Assembly (NCBI GenBank): GCA_965246985.1
Contig: OZ251998.1
Location: 4,191,381-4,255,380, forward strand
Length of the DNA stretch: 64,000 nt
Direction: 5' to 3'
Origin: Candidatus Poribacteria bacterium
GTDB taxonomy: Bacteria; Poribacteria; WGA-4E; WGA-3G
The notes under the pieces were generated by a model that worked only from the letters and a program-made list of their open reading frames with translations, had not been told where the DNA came from and searched no databases. Every line of letters starts with the position of its first letter. Position 1 is the first letter of the stretch. Made by a program: the position numbers and the translations under genes. Shown in pieces: positions 17,917 through 27,991 of this stretch.

Positions 17917-19719
17917 TTAAAAGACCCCGTTTATGAACAAAGCGGCGCGTGTGAACTTCGCTTTCTGAAACCCGGTCGCATAGAGGACATTCGTCTCGTC
18001 AATATACGTGTATCTGTTCTCACCGAAAAAGTGTGTAATTTCAAAATTCAAGCGGAATGTACGACTTAAATCGTAATGGACACCTGCCCCCCAGTCGGAG
18101 AGATCCGCGTTGAAATCAAAGAGGCGATAGTTGGCTGGATTAAGGGCATCGTTGACGAAATCAAGGCGTATGAGGCTGAAATACGCATAAGCCCGCGCCT
18201 CTCGATAATTATAGAGGCTATGGTCGCGTATCCATGTAAAATCGATCTGGATTCGATCGTCCCAAGAGTTTTCAGTTGCCCTATCGTCTTGATTGAAACT
18301 CCCGCGAAAATCTTCAAAATCCCTTGCGCGATAATAACTCGTATCGGTCATTCGGACGTAAGTGAGCCGATTGGAAAGCGCAAGACGAAACGACTCGTTC
18401 AGATCATAAGAGAGGATTAGATTTGCATGCGCCGTATCCTGAATAATCTGCTCATCAAAATCGGATTTGGTATAGAGATCGGCATCCAAATCATCCTGAT
18501 TGTCGATTTCGATGTCGTGCAGATCGCGCGTATAACGGAGTTTGAGTTCCGTCTGGAACATTGAAGAGAACAACGATGTGGTCGACGCATATTTCCTAAA
18601 CAGTAACGCCGCTGGATTGAGATAGTAAAGGTTTCCTGTGCTGTCGATTCCTTTGAGTTGCAGTGCGACATCGGTTTCGACCTCTCGCCGAAACGGGATA
18701 AGCAGCTTCTGCTTATATACCCCATCTGTGGTAAACCGCTGGATGCGCCGCAGACGGTAACGAAACAGCCGTGTATCACCGCTGTAGCGTCGCGTTGGGT
18801 CGTCAAGCCGATTCGGAAGCGTGGAGACGAAATCTTTTAAGTACTTCGCCGTATCCGCGACAAGGAGTGTGCCATCTGTCAATGCTGTTATCTTGAAGGG
18901 CGCGATAAATTGTCCGGTTGCGTCGCCGTATTTACCAAAAGCACGCAAAAATTTTCCTTCAGTGCTATACTTCAGTACCCTATGTCCTTTTTCATCAACA
19001 ACGTAGAGATTTCCTGCTTCATCTACTGTCATATCCACCGGATGGACGAGGCGTCCTGTTCCCGGTTGAGCGAGCCGATAGCGGGCAACAGGTTCACCTT
19101 CTGAACTGAGTTTGTAAACTGTTCCACTATCGCAAACATAGAGATTTCCATTTGCATCTACTGTTAGAAGGAACCCGCGTTTTGTATCCCCTTGCGGGAT
19201 AATGAGTGCATAATTACCATCAGCATCCAAGCCGGGTGAAGCTGCTTCAAGGGGTGCTATCCGCTGACTAAAATCTTGCATCGGGTAACTTGCGACAAAT
19301 ACGCCTTGCGTGTCAAATTTATGGATACACGGACCGTAGTTAAAGACTTTGGGTCCCAATGTCGTTTGTAAGTTGGGGTCTGAAACCTGAACGAACATCC
19401 AATCCATTACATAGATACTACCATCCGCGCCAACCGCGATAACTGTCGGATTGATAAACCGAAATTCGCTCTCTGTCTCCATCTGGATGTCAAATACAAA
19501 GCCGCCCATTTCATTGAACTTCTGAATTCGGAAGTTATCCGTATCAACGACATAAATGGCACCGTCAGGTCCAAACGCCATGAACAAGGTCTCTGCGAAT
19601 TGTGATTCACCCTCTCCTTTTCCACCAAACTCGGCAACAAATTCAAATTCTTGTGCGGCGTTTACGTGTATCGGAAGCAGCAACAATAGGCAAAGCATTA
19701 AGTATTTTAATTTAAACAT
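17917..19719 (-). CDS. secreted NHL-repeat protein with C-terminal outer-membrane beta-barrel-like domain
   Basis: Signal peptide. NHL-type repeats in the N-terminal 330 aa. The C-terminal 250 aa are rich in alternating aromatic/polar strands and end in ...FINGVF, a C-terminal Phe typical of OM beta-barrels. Confidence 0.6.
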   Translation of the reverse strand: MFKLKYLMLCLLLLLPIHVNAAQEFEFVAEFGGKGEGESQFAETLFMAFGPDGAIYVVDTDNFRIQKFNEMGGFVFDIQMETESEFRFINPTVIAVGADGSIYVMDWMFVQVSDPNLQTTLGPKVFNYGPCIHKFDTQGVFVASYPMQDFSQRIAPLEAASPGLDADGNYALIIPQGDTKRGFLLTVDANGNLYVCDSGTVYKLSSEGEPVARYRLAQPGTGRLVHPVDMTVDEAGNLYVVDEKGHRVLKYSTEGKFLRAFGKYGDATGQFIAPFKITALTDGTLLVADTAKYLKDFVSTLPNRLDDPTRRYSGDTRLFRYRLRRIQRFTTDGVYKQKLLIPFRREVETDVALQLKGIDSTGNLYYLNPAALLFRKYASTTSLFSSMFQTELKLRYTRDLHDIEIDNQDDLDADLYTKSDFDEQIIQDTAHANLILSYDLNESFRLALSNRLTYVRMTDTSYYRARDFEDFRGSFNQDDRATENSWDDRIQIDFTWIRDHSLYNYREARAYAYFSLIRLDFVNDALNPANYRLFDFNADLSDWGAGVHYDLSRTFRLNFEITHFFGENRYTYIDETNVLYATGFQKAKFTRAALFINGVF

Positions 19720-19816
19720 GTGCGATTTTTATATGTGTCCTCGATTTTGACTTCTTGGAATACAGCGTCCATTCCGCAGTCAAATATTTAGCGTTTAGAC
19801 ACATTTATGTGTTTTT

Positions 19817-20215
19817 TTATTTTTTTGGGATGTTATCCAAAACTCCGTTAATAAATTTTGGGGAATCTGGGGTGCTGTAAATTTTCGCGATTTCAATCGC
19901 CTCATTAATTGAAGTTGCCGGATCAATGTCGCTAAGATAAAGAATTTCATAGGCCGCGCATCGTAGGATAGAGAGGTCTACGACAGGCATCCGATGGAGT
20001 TTCCAATTTTTAGAGGTGTTTTGAAGCAATTCATCAATTACTTCCAGATGTGAAGTGGTGCCCTCAACGAGTTCCACGACGAACGGACGGAGTGTTGCAG
20101 ATGTATTATGGCTCTGCCAAAACTGTTCCATGACAACAGGCACAGGCGCGTTGGTGAGTTGAATCTGATATAGCATTTGCATCGCGACGATGCGAGATTG
20201 CCGACGAGGAAACAT
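19817..20215 (-). CDS. nusB: transcription antitermination factor NusB
   Basis: 132 aa. RR.(S/A)R..A.Q.LYQ N-terminus and a conserved NGVLD-type C-terminal motif. GGAGGA RBS. Confidence 0.85.
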   Translation of the reverse strand: MFPRRQSRIVAMQMLYQIQLTNAPVPVVMEQFWQSHNTSATLRPFVVELVEGTTSHLEVIDELLQNTSKNWKLHRMPVVDLSILRCAAYEILYLSDIDPATSINEAIEIAKIYSTPDSPKFINGVLDNIPKK

Positions 20216-20597
20216 TATAGTTCCTGATCCTCCGATTTTTCAGTGTTAAAGCGTGAAGTATTATTCCATTAGATACGCTATCCTGTATTATACATGGTTT
20301 TCGGCGGCATGTCAAACAAAAACACCAGAAGAGGCAGTCAGCAAAATAGCCATCAGCAGTTAGCAGTCAGCAATCAGTGTGGAGTCGCGATCAGGAGATC
20401 GCTCCCACAAGAAAGGGTCCGCGATCGGAAAACCGAAGTTATGGGAAAACTGAATAGCTCTGCAAAAATGCGGGCCGGAGGAGGCAGGATTTAAAGCATA
20501 ATCGCTGGTGAAATTTGAAAACCTACCAAAAAAGACATTTTTAATTACGGATTTTACTATAAGTATAGAACAAAAGCAGATACAATGTCTGAAATAC

Positions 20598-20626
20598 TTG
20601 ACAATTCTGTAAAAAAACCTTAGAAT
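20598..20626 (+). promoter_or_regulatory. sigma70-like promoter candidate upstream of ggt
   Basis: TTGACA (20598-20603), 17-bp spacer, TAGAAT (20621-20626), 35 bp upstream of the ggt start. Confidence 0.4.
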
Positions 20627-20660
20627 TCCGTATATTAGCCTTCAGCGAAAGGAAAAACTG

Positions 20661-22262
20661 GTGAATTTACACAAAAAAGACTACGGTACTGTCGCAGGAC
20701 CACATCCTCGCACCGCGCAAGCGGGGTTCGAGATGCTCCTTGCTGGCGGAAACGCTGTTGATGCTGCTGTCGCCGCAGCATTTGCAGAAGGGGTCGTGGA
20801 ACCCTCGCACAACGGGATTGCGGGGTACGGCGGTTGTGTGCTTATCTATCGTAGCAAAACGCGGGATGTCATCGCAATAGATTACAACTCCGCAGCACCC
20901 GCGGCTGCCTCCGAAGATATGTTTACGATTGAAGAGGCACCGGATACTGTTGCGGGGTACCGCGTGCCGGGACGCGTAAATGTCCATGGTCCACTGTCGA
21001 TTGGCGTACCGGGGGTCGTCGCGGGCTTGTGCTTGGCGTTAGAAGAGTTTGGAAACCTTCCTCTCACCGATGTCCTCCGTCCTGCTATCAATTCCGCACG
21101 CCACGGCTACGCCCCGAACAGTGCGAACCGCGGTGGGATAGCTGGAAACGCAGAACGGTGGAAGCGGGACTTCCCTGAAACTGCACGTGTTTTCCTCAAA
21201 AATGGCAGACCCCCGAAGAAAGGAGAAACGCTTACGAACCCTGAACTCGCCCGGACTTTGGAAGCAGTCGCGGAGGGAGGACATTCCGCATTCTACGAGG
21301 GAACAGTCGCCGAAATAATCGCAAACCACATCCAAAAATTAGGCGGATGCTTAACTTCAAATGATCTGAAGAATTACCGTCCTTTCATCACAGAACCGTA
21401 TCAAATTCAGTACCGAGGCTACTCTGTCTACACAGCACCACTCGGTGCAGGTGGACTGACGACCTTACAGATGCTCCGACTGGTAGAGGAGTTTGATGTG
21501 GCAGAGATGTCTGTTACTGAAAGGTTCCACCTTTTCGCTGAAGCGATGAAGGTTTGCTGGCCCGAAAGACTCCGGCGATTTGGAGATCCGAAGGTTGTTG
21601 GCATAGACATCGAAACAGAAGTCTCAGATAACTTCACCGCTACACTGAGTGAAAAGTTGAAGGCAGGACTGAAATCGCCTCAACCTGGGGAGGTTGTCTA
21701 CCATGAACCGATGAATTGCACAAGCCATATCTCCACTGCGGATGCGCAAGGTAACATGGTGTCCCTGACGCAGACACACGGCGGGGGATTCGGTTCAATG
21801 GTGACAGTCCCGGGGACTGGATTGCTCTTTGGACACGGTGTCGGGCGTTTCGATCCGAGACCAGGGCTCGCGAACTCAGTCGGACCCCGAAAACGTCCAC
21901 TTCACAACATGGCTCCGTTTCTCGCTACGCGGGACAGTATGCCTTTTGCCACCTACGGTATTCCCGGAGGCAGAACTATTCCGAATAATCAGCTTAACAT
22001 CAGTATTAACCTTATGGACTTGCAGGTGCCAATGCAGCAGGCATTAGACGCGCCGCGTTTCCATAGCGACGGTGCTGAACCGATCCAAATTGAATCACGC
22101 GCCGGTGAAGATATTCTCATAGGGTTAAGAAAACTCGGGCATGAAATCACGGCAAGTGCAGGCATTGGCGGTCCTGGGCACGGTGTTCGCGTATCAAGCG
22201 ACGGAAATCACCACGATGGCGGTACGGATCCACGAGGCGAAGGCAAAGTGATGGCGAAATAA
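20661..22262 (+). CDS. ggt: gamma-glutamyltransferase
   Basis: TSHISTADAQGNMVSLTQTHGGGFGS matches the GGT autoprocessing Thr and signature. GTG start with an AAAGGAAAA RBS. Confidence 0.85.
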   Translation: MNLHKKDYGTVAGPHPRTAQAGFEMLLAGGNAVDAAVAAAFAEGVVEPSHNGIAGYGGCVLIYRSKTRDVIAIDYNSAAPAAASEDMFTIEEAPDTVAGYRVPGRVNVHGPLSIGVPGVVAGLCLALEEFGNLPLTDVLRPAINSARHGYAPNSANRGGIAGNAERWKRDFPETARVFLKNGRPPKKGETLTNPELARTLEAVAEGGHSAFYEGTVAEIIANHIQKLGGCLTSNDLKNYRPFITEPYQIQYRGYSVYTAPLGAGGLTTLQMLRLVEEFDVAEMSVTERFHLFAEAMKVCWPERLRRFGDPKVVGIDIETEVSDNFTATLSEKLKAGLKSPQPGEVVYHEPMNCTSHISTADAQGNMVSLTQTHGGGFGSMVTVPGTGLLFGHGVGRFDPRPGLANSVGPRKRPLHNMAPFLATRDSMPFATYGIPGGRTIPNNQLNISINLMDLQVPMQQALDAPRFHSDGAEPIQIESRAGEDILIGLRKLGHEITASAGIGGPGHGVRVSSDGNHHDGGTDPRGEGKVMAK

Positions 22263-22276
22263 CAGGAGATCTGGCA

Positions 22277-23065
22277 ATGGTTTTCCGCAACGATGCACTC
22301 GCAGGGCAACACATCGTTATTTCCGGTGGGTGCGGAGCGATCGGGATTGGCATCGTAAAAAAATTGATGGCACACGGCGCAAACCTAACGGTAAATGATA
22401 TCCTGCTGGATCAACTGGCGATGGACAGACTCAGCCAAAACGGAATTGACATAGAAAAAATTAACTATGTTAAGGCAGACTTGACGGATACTGATGAAAC
22501 TGATATGTTGGTAAATGCTGCGCGCGAACGGTTCGGACCTATCCACGTCGCGCTGTGTCATATCGGTATGGTGATTCCAAAACCGTTGTTAGAATACAAA
22601 GCAGAAGAGTGGGATCAAACAATGGCGGTCAATGTACGAACAGCGTTTTTATTCGGCAGTGCCGCATCCCGTTCAATGCTTGAAGATGGTGTTAAAGGAC
22701 ACCTTATTTTTACCACATCTTGGGTTGCTGATGTGCCGTGGCCCGAGATTGGACCGTATAACGCAAGTAAGGCGGCGATGAAACAGTTAATGCGTTCCTT
22801 TGCACGGGAATTGGCAGATAAAGGCATCCGCGCAAATGCAGTCGCCCCCGGCATCGTGAGTGTTGGACTTGCCAAACAACAGTGGGATACGGATCCAATC
22901 TATCGGGCTCGAGCACAAAAAGCAATCCCACTCGGCGTTATGCAACCGCTTGATTCGGTGGCAAACGCCTTCCTATTTTTGTGTAGTTCCGCCGCAGATT
23001 ATATGACTGGGACAGTGCTACTCGTAGATGGCGGATGTAGCCTGTATCCAATGGATGATGCTTAG
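22277..23065 (+). CDS. SDR-family oxidoreductase
   Basis: GGCGAIGIG Rossmann motif. Catalytic YNASK motif. Confidence 0.8.
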   Translation: MVFRNDALAGQHIVISGGCGAIGIGIVKKLMAHGANLTVNDILLDQLAMDRLSQNGIDIEKINYVKADLTDTDETDMLVNAARERFGPIHVALCHIGMVIPKPLLEYKAEEWDQTMAVNVRTAFLFGSAASRSMLEDGVKGHLIFTTSWVADVPWPEIGPYNASKAAMKQLMRSFARELADKGIRANAVAPGIVSVGLAKQQWDTDPIYRARAQKAIPLGVMQPLDSVANAFLFLCSSAADYMTGTVLLVDGGCSLYPMDDA

Positions 23066-23222
23066 TCCGCACAAGGATGGGTGAAACAATCCTACGTGCA
23101 GTTTAAACCGGTTTGCGTCTATTCGGAGATCCAATTCGTAACTGAATTTTTTAGCAGCAGTGGTATCCATCGGAAAACCAGAGCAAGGTTTTCTGATGCG
23201 GTTTTAATCTTACGTTTCGTAT

Positions 23223-23314
23223 TATGCCAAATTAATCCAATTTGTAGCGCGAGGTCCCTGTGCCTCGCAATGCTGACTTGATAAAAAGACTTCTAATCAC
23301 GTTAAGTTGGTATA
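23223..23314 (+). repeat. M91 MITE, solo copy, 24 bp upstream of the Rieske gene start
   Basis: TATGCCAAATTAATCCAATTTGTAGCGCGAGGTCCCTGTGCCTCGCAATGCTGACTTGATAAAAAGACTTCTAATCACGTTAAGTTGGTATA. Its 3-prime end forms TGGTATAAA. Confidence 0.85.
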
Positions 23315-23337
23315 AAACACGAAAAGACGGAGAAATT

Positions 23338-23664
23338 ATGTCACAATTTGTAAAAGCCGCGACAACCGATCAAATTCAGCCCGGCAGATGTATCGGTGTA
23401 AAAGTTGATGGCGTTTTCATCGGTATCTACAACGTTAAGGGTGAGTATTACGCAATGAACAATATTTGCCCACACCTCGGTGGCGTTTTGAGTTACGGCT
23501 TCTTAGACAATAATTGTGTTACGTGCCCACTCCACATGTGGGAATTTGATGTGACGACAGGGAAATGTGTGTGGCCAGGGGAGGAAAGCATCCCCACCTA
23601 TCCTGTGAAAGTGGAGGGTGACGATATTCTTGTGAACGTGGATACCCCCGTCCAAGCGAGTTAG
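23338..23664 (+). CDS. Rieske [2Fe-2S] domain protein (NirD-like small subunit)
   Basis: CPHLGG ... CPLHMWEF Rieske ligand boxes. True start at MSQF. The annotated upstream extension MPRNADLIKRLL is translation of the MITE. Confidence 0.8.
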   Translation: MSQFVKAATTDQIQPGRCIGVKVDGVFIGIYNVKGEYYAMNNICPHLGGVLSYGFLDNNCVTCPLHMWEFDVTTGKCVWPGEESIPTYPVKVEGDDILVNVDTPVQAS

Positions 23665-23739
23665 GACCTATTTCGTATATAGACTTTGACAGAAGGCGTG
23701 ATCAAGCGATCGCGCCTCTTTAAGAGGAGTAAAAAGATT

Positions 23740-24693
23740 ATGGCATATCTGCTCACCGGTGGCATGGGATGCATCGGTACTTACGTCATCCGCGATCTAT
23801 TAGCCGCCGGTGAAAAGGTAGTAGTTTACGATTTTGCTTACGACCTAACCATTCCAAAGATGGTGCTCACGGATGCACAAATTGAAGGGTTCACCTTCGT
23901 GCAGGGCGACATAACCGACCTGCCACACGTTTTACGTACTATCCAAGAACACGAAATCGATCGGGTGATTCATCTCGCTTCATGGCAGGTGCCAGCGTGC
24001 AATGCGAATCCACCGCAGGCATTAAAAATAGTCTGCGAAGGAACAATCAACATATTGGAAGCTGCGCGTATTTTCAATCTCAAACGCGTTGTCTGGGCAA
24101 GCAGCGTTGCGGTCTTCGGATCCCCAGAAGATTACAATCACCAACAGATACTTAACGATGCGCCACACTATCCAAAGTTTATCTACGGTGCATGTAAATC
24201 CCTGAATGAAAAATATGCGACACACTATTTCGATGCTTACGGTGTTGACTCGATCGGACTTCGGTTCACTGCTGTCTACGGTGTCGGTAGGACACGGGGC
24301 ATGAGTTCGTTCACTACAAAAATGATTGAAGAGATAGCGTTGGGTAAACCGCATGTCTGTCCATTCGGTGACGATGCGGTGGATTGGCAATACGTAGAGG
24401 ACGTTTCCAGTTCAATTGTGCTCGCGTGCACCTGTCCGACGACGCAGACACGCGTCTTCAACGTGAAGGGTGGCATCCGACCCGTTAAAGATGGCGTGGC
24501 ATATCTCAAGACATTGGTACCAGATGCACAGATTACATTGGAACCGGGGGTATTCGGTATCTCGTGGGATTACGACGCAACAACTATCGCTGAGGAGATG
24601 GGATTCACGCCTGCCTATACGATGGAGCAAGGGATTCTGAAAACATTCAATCGTTTTCGCGAGCGCGCGGGATTGGCACCAGTATCATTGTAG
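23740..24693 (+). CDS. NAD-dependent epimerase/dehydratase family protein
   Basis: TGGMGCIGTYVIRDL glycine-rich NAD-binding motif. YxxxK region. RBS AAGAGGAG before the ATG at 23740. Confidence 0.75.
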   Translation: MAYLLTGGMGCIGTYVIRDLLAAGEKVVVYDFAYDLTIPKMVLTDAQIEGFTFVQGDITDLPHVLRTIQEHEIDRVIHLASWQVPACNANPPQALKIVCEGTINILEAARIFNLKRVVWASSVAVFGSPEDYNHQQILNDAPHYPKFIYGACKSLNEKYATHYFDAYGVDSIGLRFTAVYGVGRTRGMSSFTTKMIEEIALGKPHVCPFGDDAVDWQYVEDVSSSIVLACTCPTTQTRVFNVKGGIRPVKDGVAYLKTLVPDAQITLEPGVFGISWDYDATTIAEEMGFTPAYTMEQGILKTFNRFRERAGLAPVSL

Positions 24694-24753
24694 GGGCGGA
24701 ACATGTCCGCCCACTCAACAATGAAAGAATTCTTATGCTGTCTGACTTTCAAA

Positions 24754-25446
24754 CTAATAGTACTTTTTCATCTGTGCCCAAGTGACAGCCAACTTTCCTC
24801 GGGCATCAACAGCCAGCACGCGTTCCCAAGGAATATTTTCGCCTTTGGCATCGGCTTGATGGACATCATCAAAGTTCGGATGTCCCCAACCGCCGCTACT
24901 TTTATCAACAACAACAAGTTGGACGGTTTTGCCTTTCAAATCGGAAACATCCCACTCTTTCCGGGTCATGCTTTCGGTGCTGTTACCGGTCATTGTTCGT
25001 TCAACCTCGTTATTAATCACAAGATTGACACAACATGGCTCAGCAGTATCCCAAGCACGGTTTCCACCTCCCATAAGAAAATTCATCGTTTCGCCAACAA
25101 TGGTGAACTCAATTGAGGTCAAGGTGCCTTGAGGGGCATCCACACCATCTGCAAGATCGCCTGGCTTCTGCCCCAGTTTTGCCCCTTTGTCCGGTCCTTG
25201 GTACTTTTCAGCTAATCCAAGCCACCAATCTCCCTGATGTTGAGAAGGCTGTCCTCGGTTTCGTGCCGTTGGATTATCTCCCCAAGTGGGTTGGAAATCA
25301 AATGCCTCTCCTGTTTTCTCCCAATCGGTGAGGTCGCCTGTCTCGAAATCGTTGTTAAACGCCCGCGCTGAGGCGAGATTGACAGGTAGAACGAGTAATA
25401 TGAGGAGGACAGATGGCATCATGAGTGGAAAAAACACTTTTTTCAT
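24754..25446 (-). CDS. secreted hypothetical protein, possibly a concanavalin-like/DUF1080-type beta-sandwich
   Basis: Signal peptide. No confident motif. Confidence 0.45.
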   Translation of the reverse strand: MKKVFFPLMMPSVLLILLVLPVNLASARAFNNDFETGDLTDWEKTGEAFDFQPTWGDNPTARNRGQPSQHQGDWWLGLAEKYQGPDKGAKLGQKPGDLADGVDAPQGTLTSIEFTIVGETMNFLMGGGNRAWDTAEPCCVNLVINNEVERTMTGNSTESMTRKEWDVSDLKGKTVQLVVVDKSSGGWGHPNFDDVHQADAKGENIPWERVLAVDARGKLAVTWAQMKKYY

Positions 25447-25636
25447 GAGGTTGTCTCCTTCTGTTTCTGAGAGTTGTGTATTTCAAGTGATTTATTGCTA
25501 GCCAAGACTCTACATGAGTCTCCTATTTCATATAATACATCATGCGGGAATTAAGAGAAAGAAAAATTGTGAACTTTGCGGCGCGCCAAGAGAGTGAAAC
25601 TGGACACAGTCTCACGTCTACAACGTTTGGGTTGTT

Positions 25637-25897
25637 GGGTTTCGCTATGTCTACCTCATACGTGTCAATTTAGCGATATTTCGCGGTATTTTGTAGCAGC
25701 GTCTCTACAAATGCCGCCCCTCTGGGGCTTGAGTCTTTGGTGTTGATACATGTTTCTACACAGATGCCGTCCCTTTGGGACTCAAGAGGTTTTTTGGGGT
25801 ATACACAGTTTGTGGATAGAACCCGGCGCGGTTGGAAACCGCGCCTACCGGGCCTGAAGGACCGCTAAATTGACACCTATGGGTTTCGCTATGTCTA
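25637..25897. repeat. MITE-like element family B, copy 2, flanked by a 17-bp perfect direct repeat
   Basis: Direct repeat GGGTTTCGCTATGTCTA at 25637-25653 and 25881-25897. Inverted repeats GTGTCAATTTAGCG (25663-) and CGCTAAATTGACACC (-25877). Internal hairpins ATGCCGCCCCTCTGGGGCTTGAG and ATGCCGTCCCTTTGGGACTCAAG. Confidence 0.65.
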
Positions 25898-25986
25898 TCT
25901 TCACTAAGGTGATGTAACTCAAAATCCATTGTTTCCCATGAAATATTTAGACGTGCTACAAGTCTCTCTGCGAATTGCTTAAACAT
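25879..25986 (-). pseudogene. 5-prime remnant (about 20 codons) of a fourth copy of the 7-TM paralog family, truncated at the MITE-B insertion
   Basis: MFKQFAERLVARLNISWETM matches the N-termini MLKQIAKRLVGHKQVSWETM, VSWQAMQG and FSWDAIRG of the three downstream paralogs. The reading frame then runs into the MITE flank. Confidence 0.55.
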
Positions 25987-26044
25987 TTGTCACCTCTGAT
26001 GTGGGTTCGTCACTACCTATTTGTCATACCATTTCTGAATAAAC

Positions 26045-26110
26045 GTTTCTCATTAACGAAAACCGGTTCGTAGTCGCGCAATTCTGCGGCGTACTCGACC
26101 AAATGCGACG
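26045..26110. repeat. partial copy of repeat family C
   Basis: GGTTCGTAGTCGCGCAATTCTGCGGCGTACTCGACCAAATGCGACGTGCATTATTGCGC resembles 31072-31140. Confidence 0.45.
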
Positions 26111-26440
26111 TGCATTATTGCGCCTCTTACATGCGGAAACCTCCTATGAGTTTCAAAATCTCTGAAATGCGAATTTATTTTTCAGATTTGGTATCATAAA
26201 CGCCTTGTGTTAGTTAACAGTTAGTATGTTTTGGTTTCACATATTCATCTTATTTACTGTTCAAATTTGGAAACTTTCGCTTTTTGATTCCTTTTTAGAA
26301 CACGAATATTCCAATGCAGGAGCAGCAGAAGGATTAAACTCCTATTTGTCCAGACAATATCCAGATATATGTAAAATTGAAAATAACAAAGAGTTAACTG
26401 GCACAAGTCGTATCATAAGAAAAGATATAGAAGTCCACCA

Positions 26441-27139
26441 TTAGGGGAACACTAATGCCATGGTTAGCACAATTCCTATTCCGATGTATACGACACCTAA
26501 AAATACGAAAAGAGGGACAATAGACTTGACTTTGACATCGGCAATTTTCCGCACGATCAAAAGCATCCACGCAATTATGGCAGATCCATTCAAAACATAA
26601 GCTATTCCCTGATCCCAATATACCTCTACATAAGACATATCAGAAACGATTGCATTTATCACCACTTGCGCATTGCAGATGAGTGCGTACCCGCTCGCGA
26701 GGACAAAGAAAGCAACACCAATAAGGAGCGAGCGAGTTATAGGCGCTACCTTTAGCAGCACGAAGACCCATACAAAAATTGCGAGGCTATAAAAAATTCC
26801 CGCCAACCTCGGCATCCAACTAACATCTGCATCCAGTGATATAATCATGCCAATACCGAGTCCAATAATACAGCAGCCTGACACAATGATAACCCCAGAA
26901 CCGATTGTCACCGATGTAGGTCGATTCTCAAGAAACAGCGGATGGTTGCCGAGAAAAACCCACATTGTACCAAATAGGATCAGCATCCCTCCTGTCAAAG
27001 CTATCAAAGGTGAATAGACTGCGCTATTCCAAAGCGCGGCCTGGAATATTAGTGCGAGGCAAATCGACAAATCGCCTGCCATCGTTTCCCATGAAACCTG
27101 CTTATGCCCTACCAATCTTTTTGCAATTTGTTTCAACAT
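26441..27139 (-). CDS. uncharacterised 7-TM integral membrane protein, paralog 1 of 3
   Basis: 232 aa, mostly hydrophobic helices. Conserved N-terminal K(R)xxxVSWETM, mid FLENRPTSV and C-terminal LNGSAIIAWMLLIVRK motifs are shared with the two neighbours. Confidence 0.6.
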   Translation of the reverse strand: MLKQIAKRLVGHKQVSWETMAGDLSICLALIFQAALWNSAVYSPLIALTGGMLILFGTMWVFLGNHPLFLENRPTSVTIGSGVIIVSGCCIIGLGIGMIISLDADVSWMPRLAGIFYSLAIFVWVFVLLKVAPITRSLLIGVAFFVLASGYALICNAQVVINAIVSDMSYVEVYWDQGIAYVLNGSAIIAWMLLIVRKIADVKVKSIVPLFVFLGVVYIGIGIVLTMALVFP

Positions 27140-27173
27140 GTTCCCTCCTACTCCGGTTTAAGCCTGTTTCCCA

Positions 27174-27869
27174 CTAAAAGATAGCATCCAAAATATGTGT
27201 AATGCCGACTGCAACAATCCCCACTCCAGCAATCATTAAACATATTACGAATACCTTACGATTTGTAATAGACGTTTTCCGCGTAACGAGGTGCGTCCAC
27301 CCAACCATTGCACCACCATTTAAAATATGGGCTATCCCTTCTCCCCACGTCAATGTTATCTGAGTTTGATCAAAAAGGACTGTTTTTACTGACAGGATAC
27401 CCAAAATTAGAGAGTATACACCTGCAAGAGCAAAGAGAACGATAGCAATAAGCGGTGGACGGGTTAGTGGCGATATTTTCACAACCACGAATGTCCACGC
27501 CAAAACCCCAAGACTTGCACAAACCAAAGTGACACCCGCTACCCAGCTATCTCCAATTGCTGTTGGGGTTTCAGCAAATAGTCTTTCCAAAAGTGTACCA
27601 ATTGTCAACCCTCCAACGCCACCTCCTAAAGCGACCATGATTATGGAAGCAGTAAACACAGAAGTCGGCTTATTCTTAACGTATAGTGGACTGATGCCGA
27701 GACAAATTAACATCGTACCGATGCCAATCAAGGTGAATATGCTATTTATATCCGGACGCGATACGAAAAATATGAAAACCGAAATCCCTTGCATCGCCTG
27801 CCATGAAACTCCGTTGTTTTTTGTAGATTCATTAGTCATTTTGACTCCTTTTCTAAGGGAAGACAGCAC
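27174..27869 (-). CDS. uncharacterised 7-TM integral membrane protein, paralog 2 of 3
   Basis: 231 aa. VSWQAMQG, YVKNKPTSVF, LNGGAMVGWTHLVTRK. Confidence 0.6.
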   Translation of the reverse strand: MLSSLRKGVKMTNESTKNNGVSWQAMQGISVFIFFVSRPDINSIFTLIGIGTMLICLGISPLYVKNKPTSVFTASIIMVALGGGVGGLTIGTLLERLFAETPTAIGDSWVAGVTLVCASLGVLAWTFVVVKISPLTRPPLIAIVLFALAGVYSLILGILSVKTVLFDQTQITLTWGEGIAHILNGGAMVGWTHLVTRKTSITNRKVFVICLMIAGVGIVAVGITHILDAIF

Positions 27870-27991
27870 TTGTGAGTTTCATTTTCAAGTTCATCGAAAA
27901 TTGATATTCCCCGGGCAAACTGTAGGGTTCTCGGTCCTTTACCGCTCTACCCAACCTACGACCACATACGCATTTTATTATCGAACTCACG

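Noticed and set aside
23260-23337. N-terminal extensions MPRNADLIKRLLI... on three ORFs (23260, 46740, 55894)
   Set aside because: The same peptide arises wherever the 91-bp MITE is read in that frame. Real starts with RBSs lie downstream (23338, 56002), and 46740-46967 has no other support.
25756-25986. 76-aa ORF called as a gene
   Set aside because: Only the first 20 codons resemble the neighbouring membrane-protein family. The rest is a read-through into the MITE-B element. It is treated as a truncated pseudogene instead.
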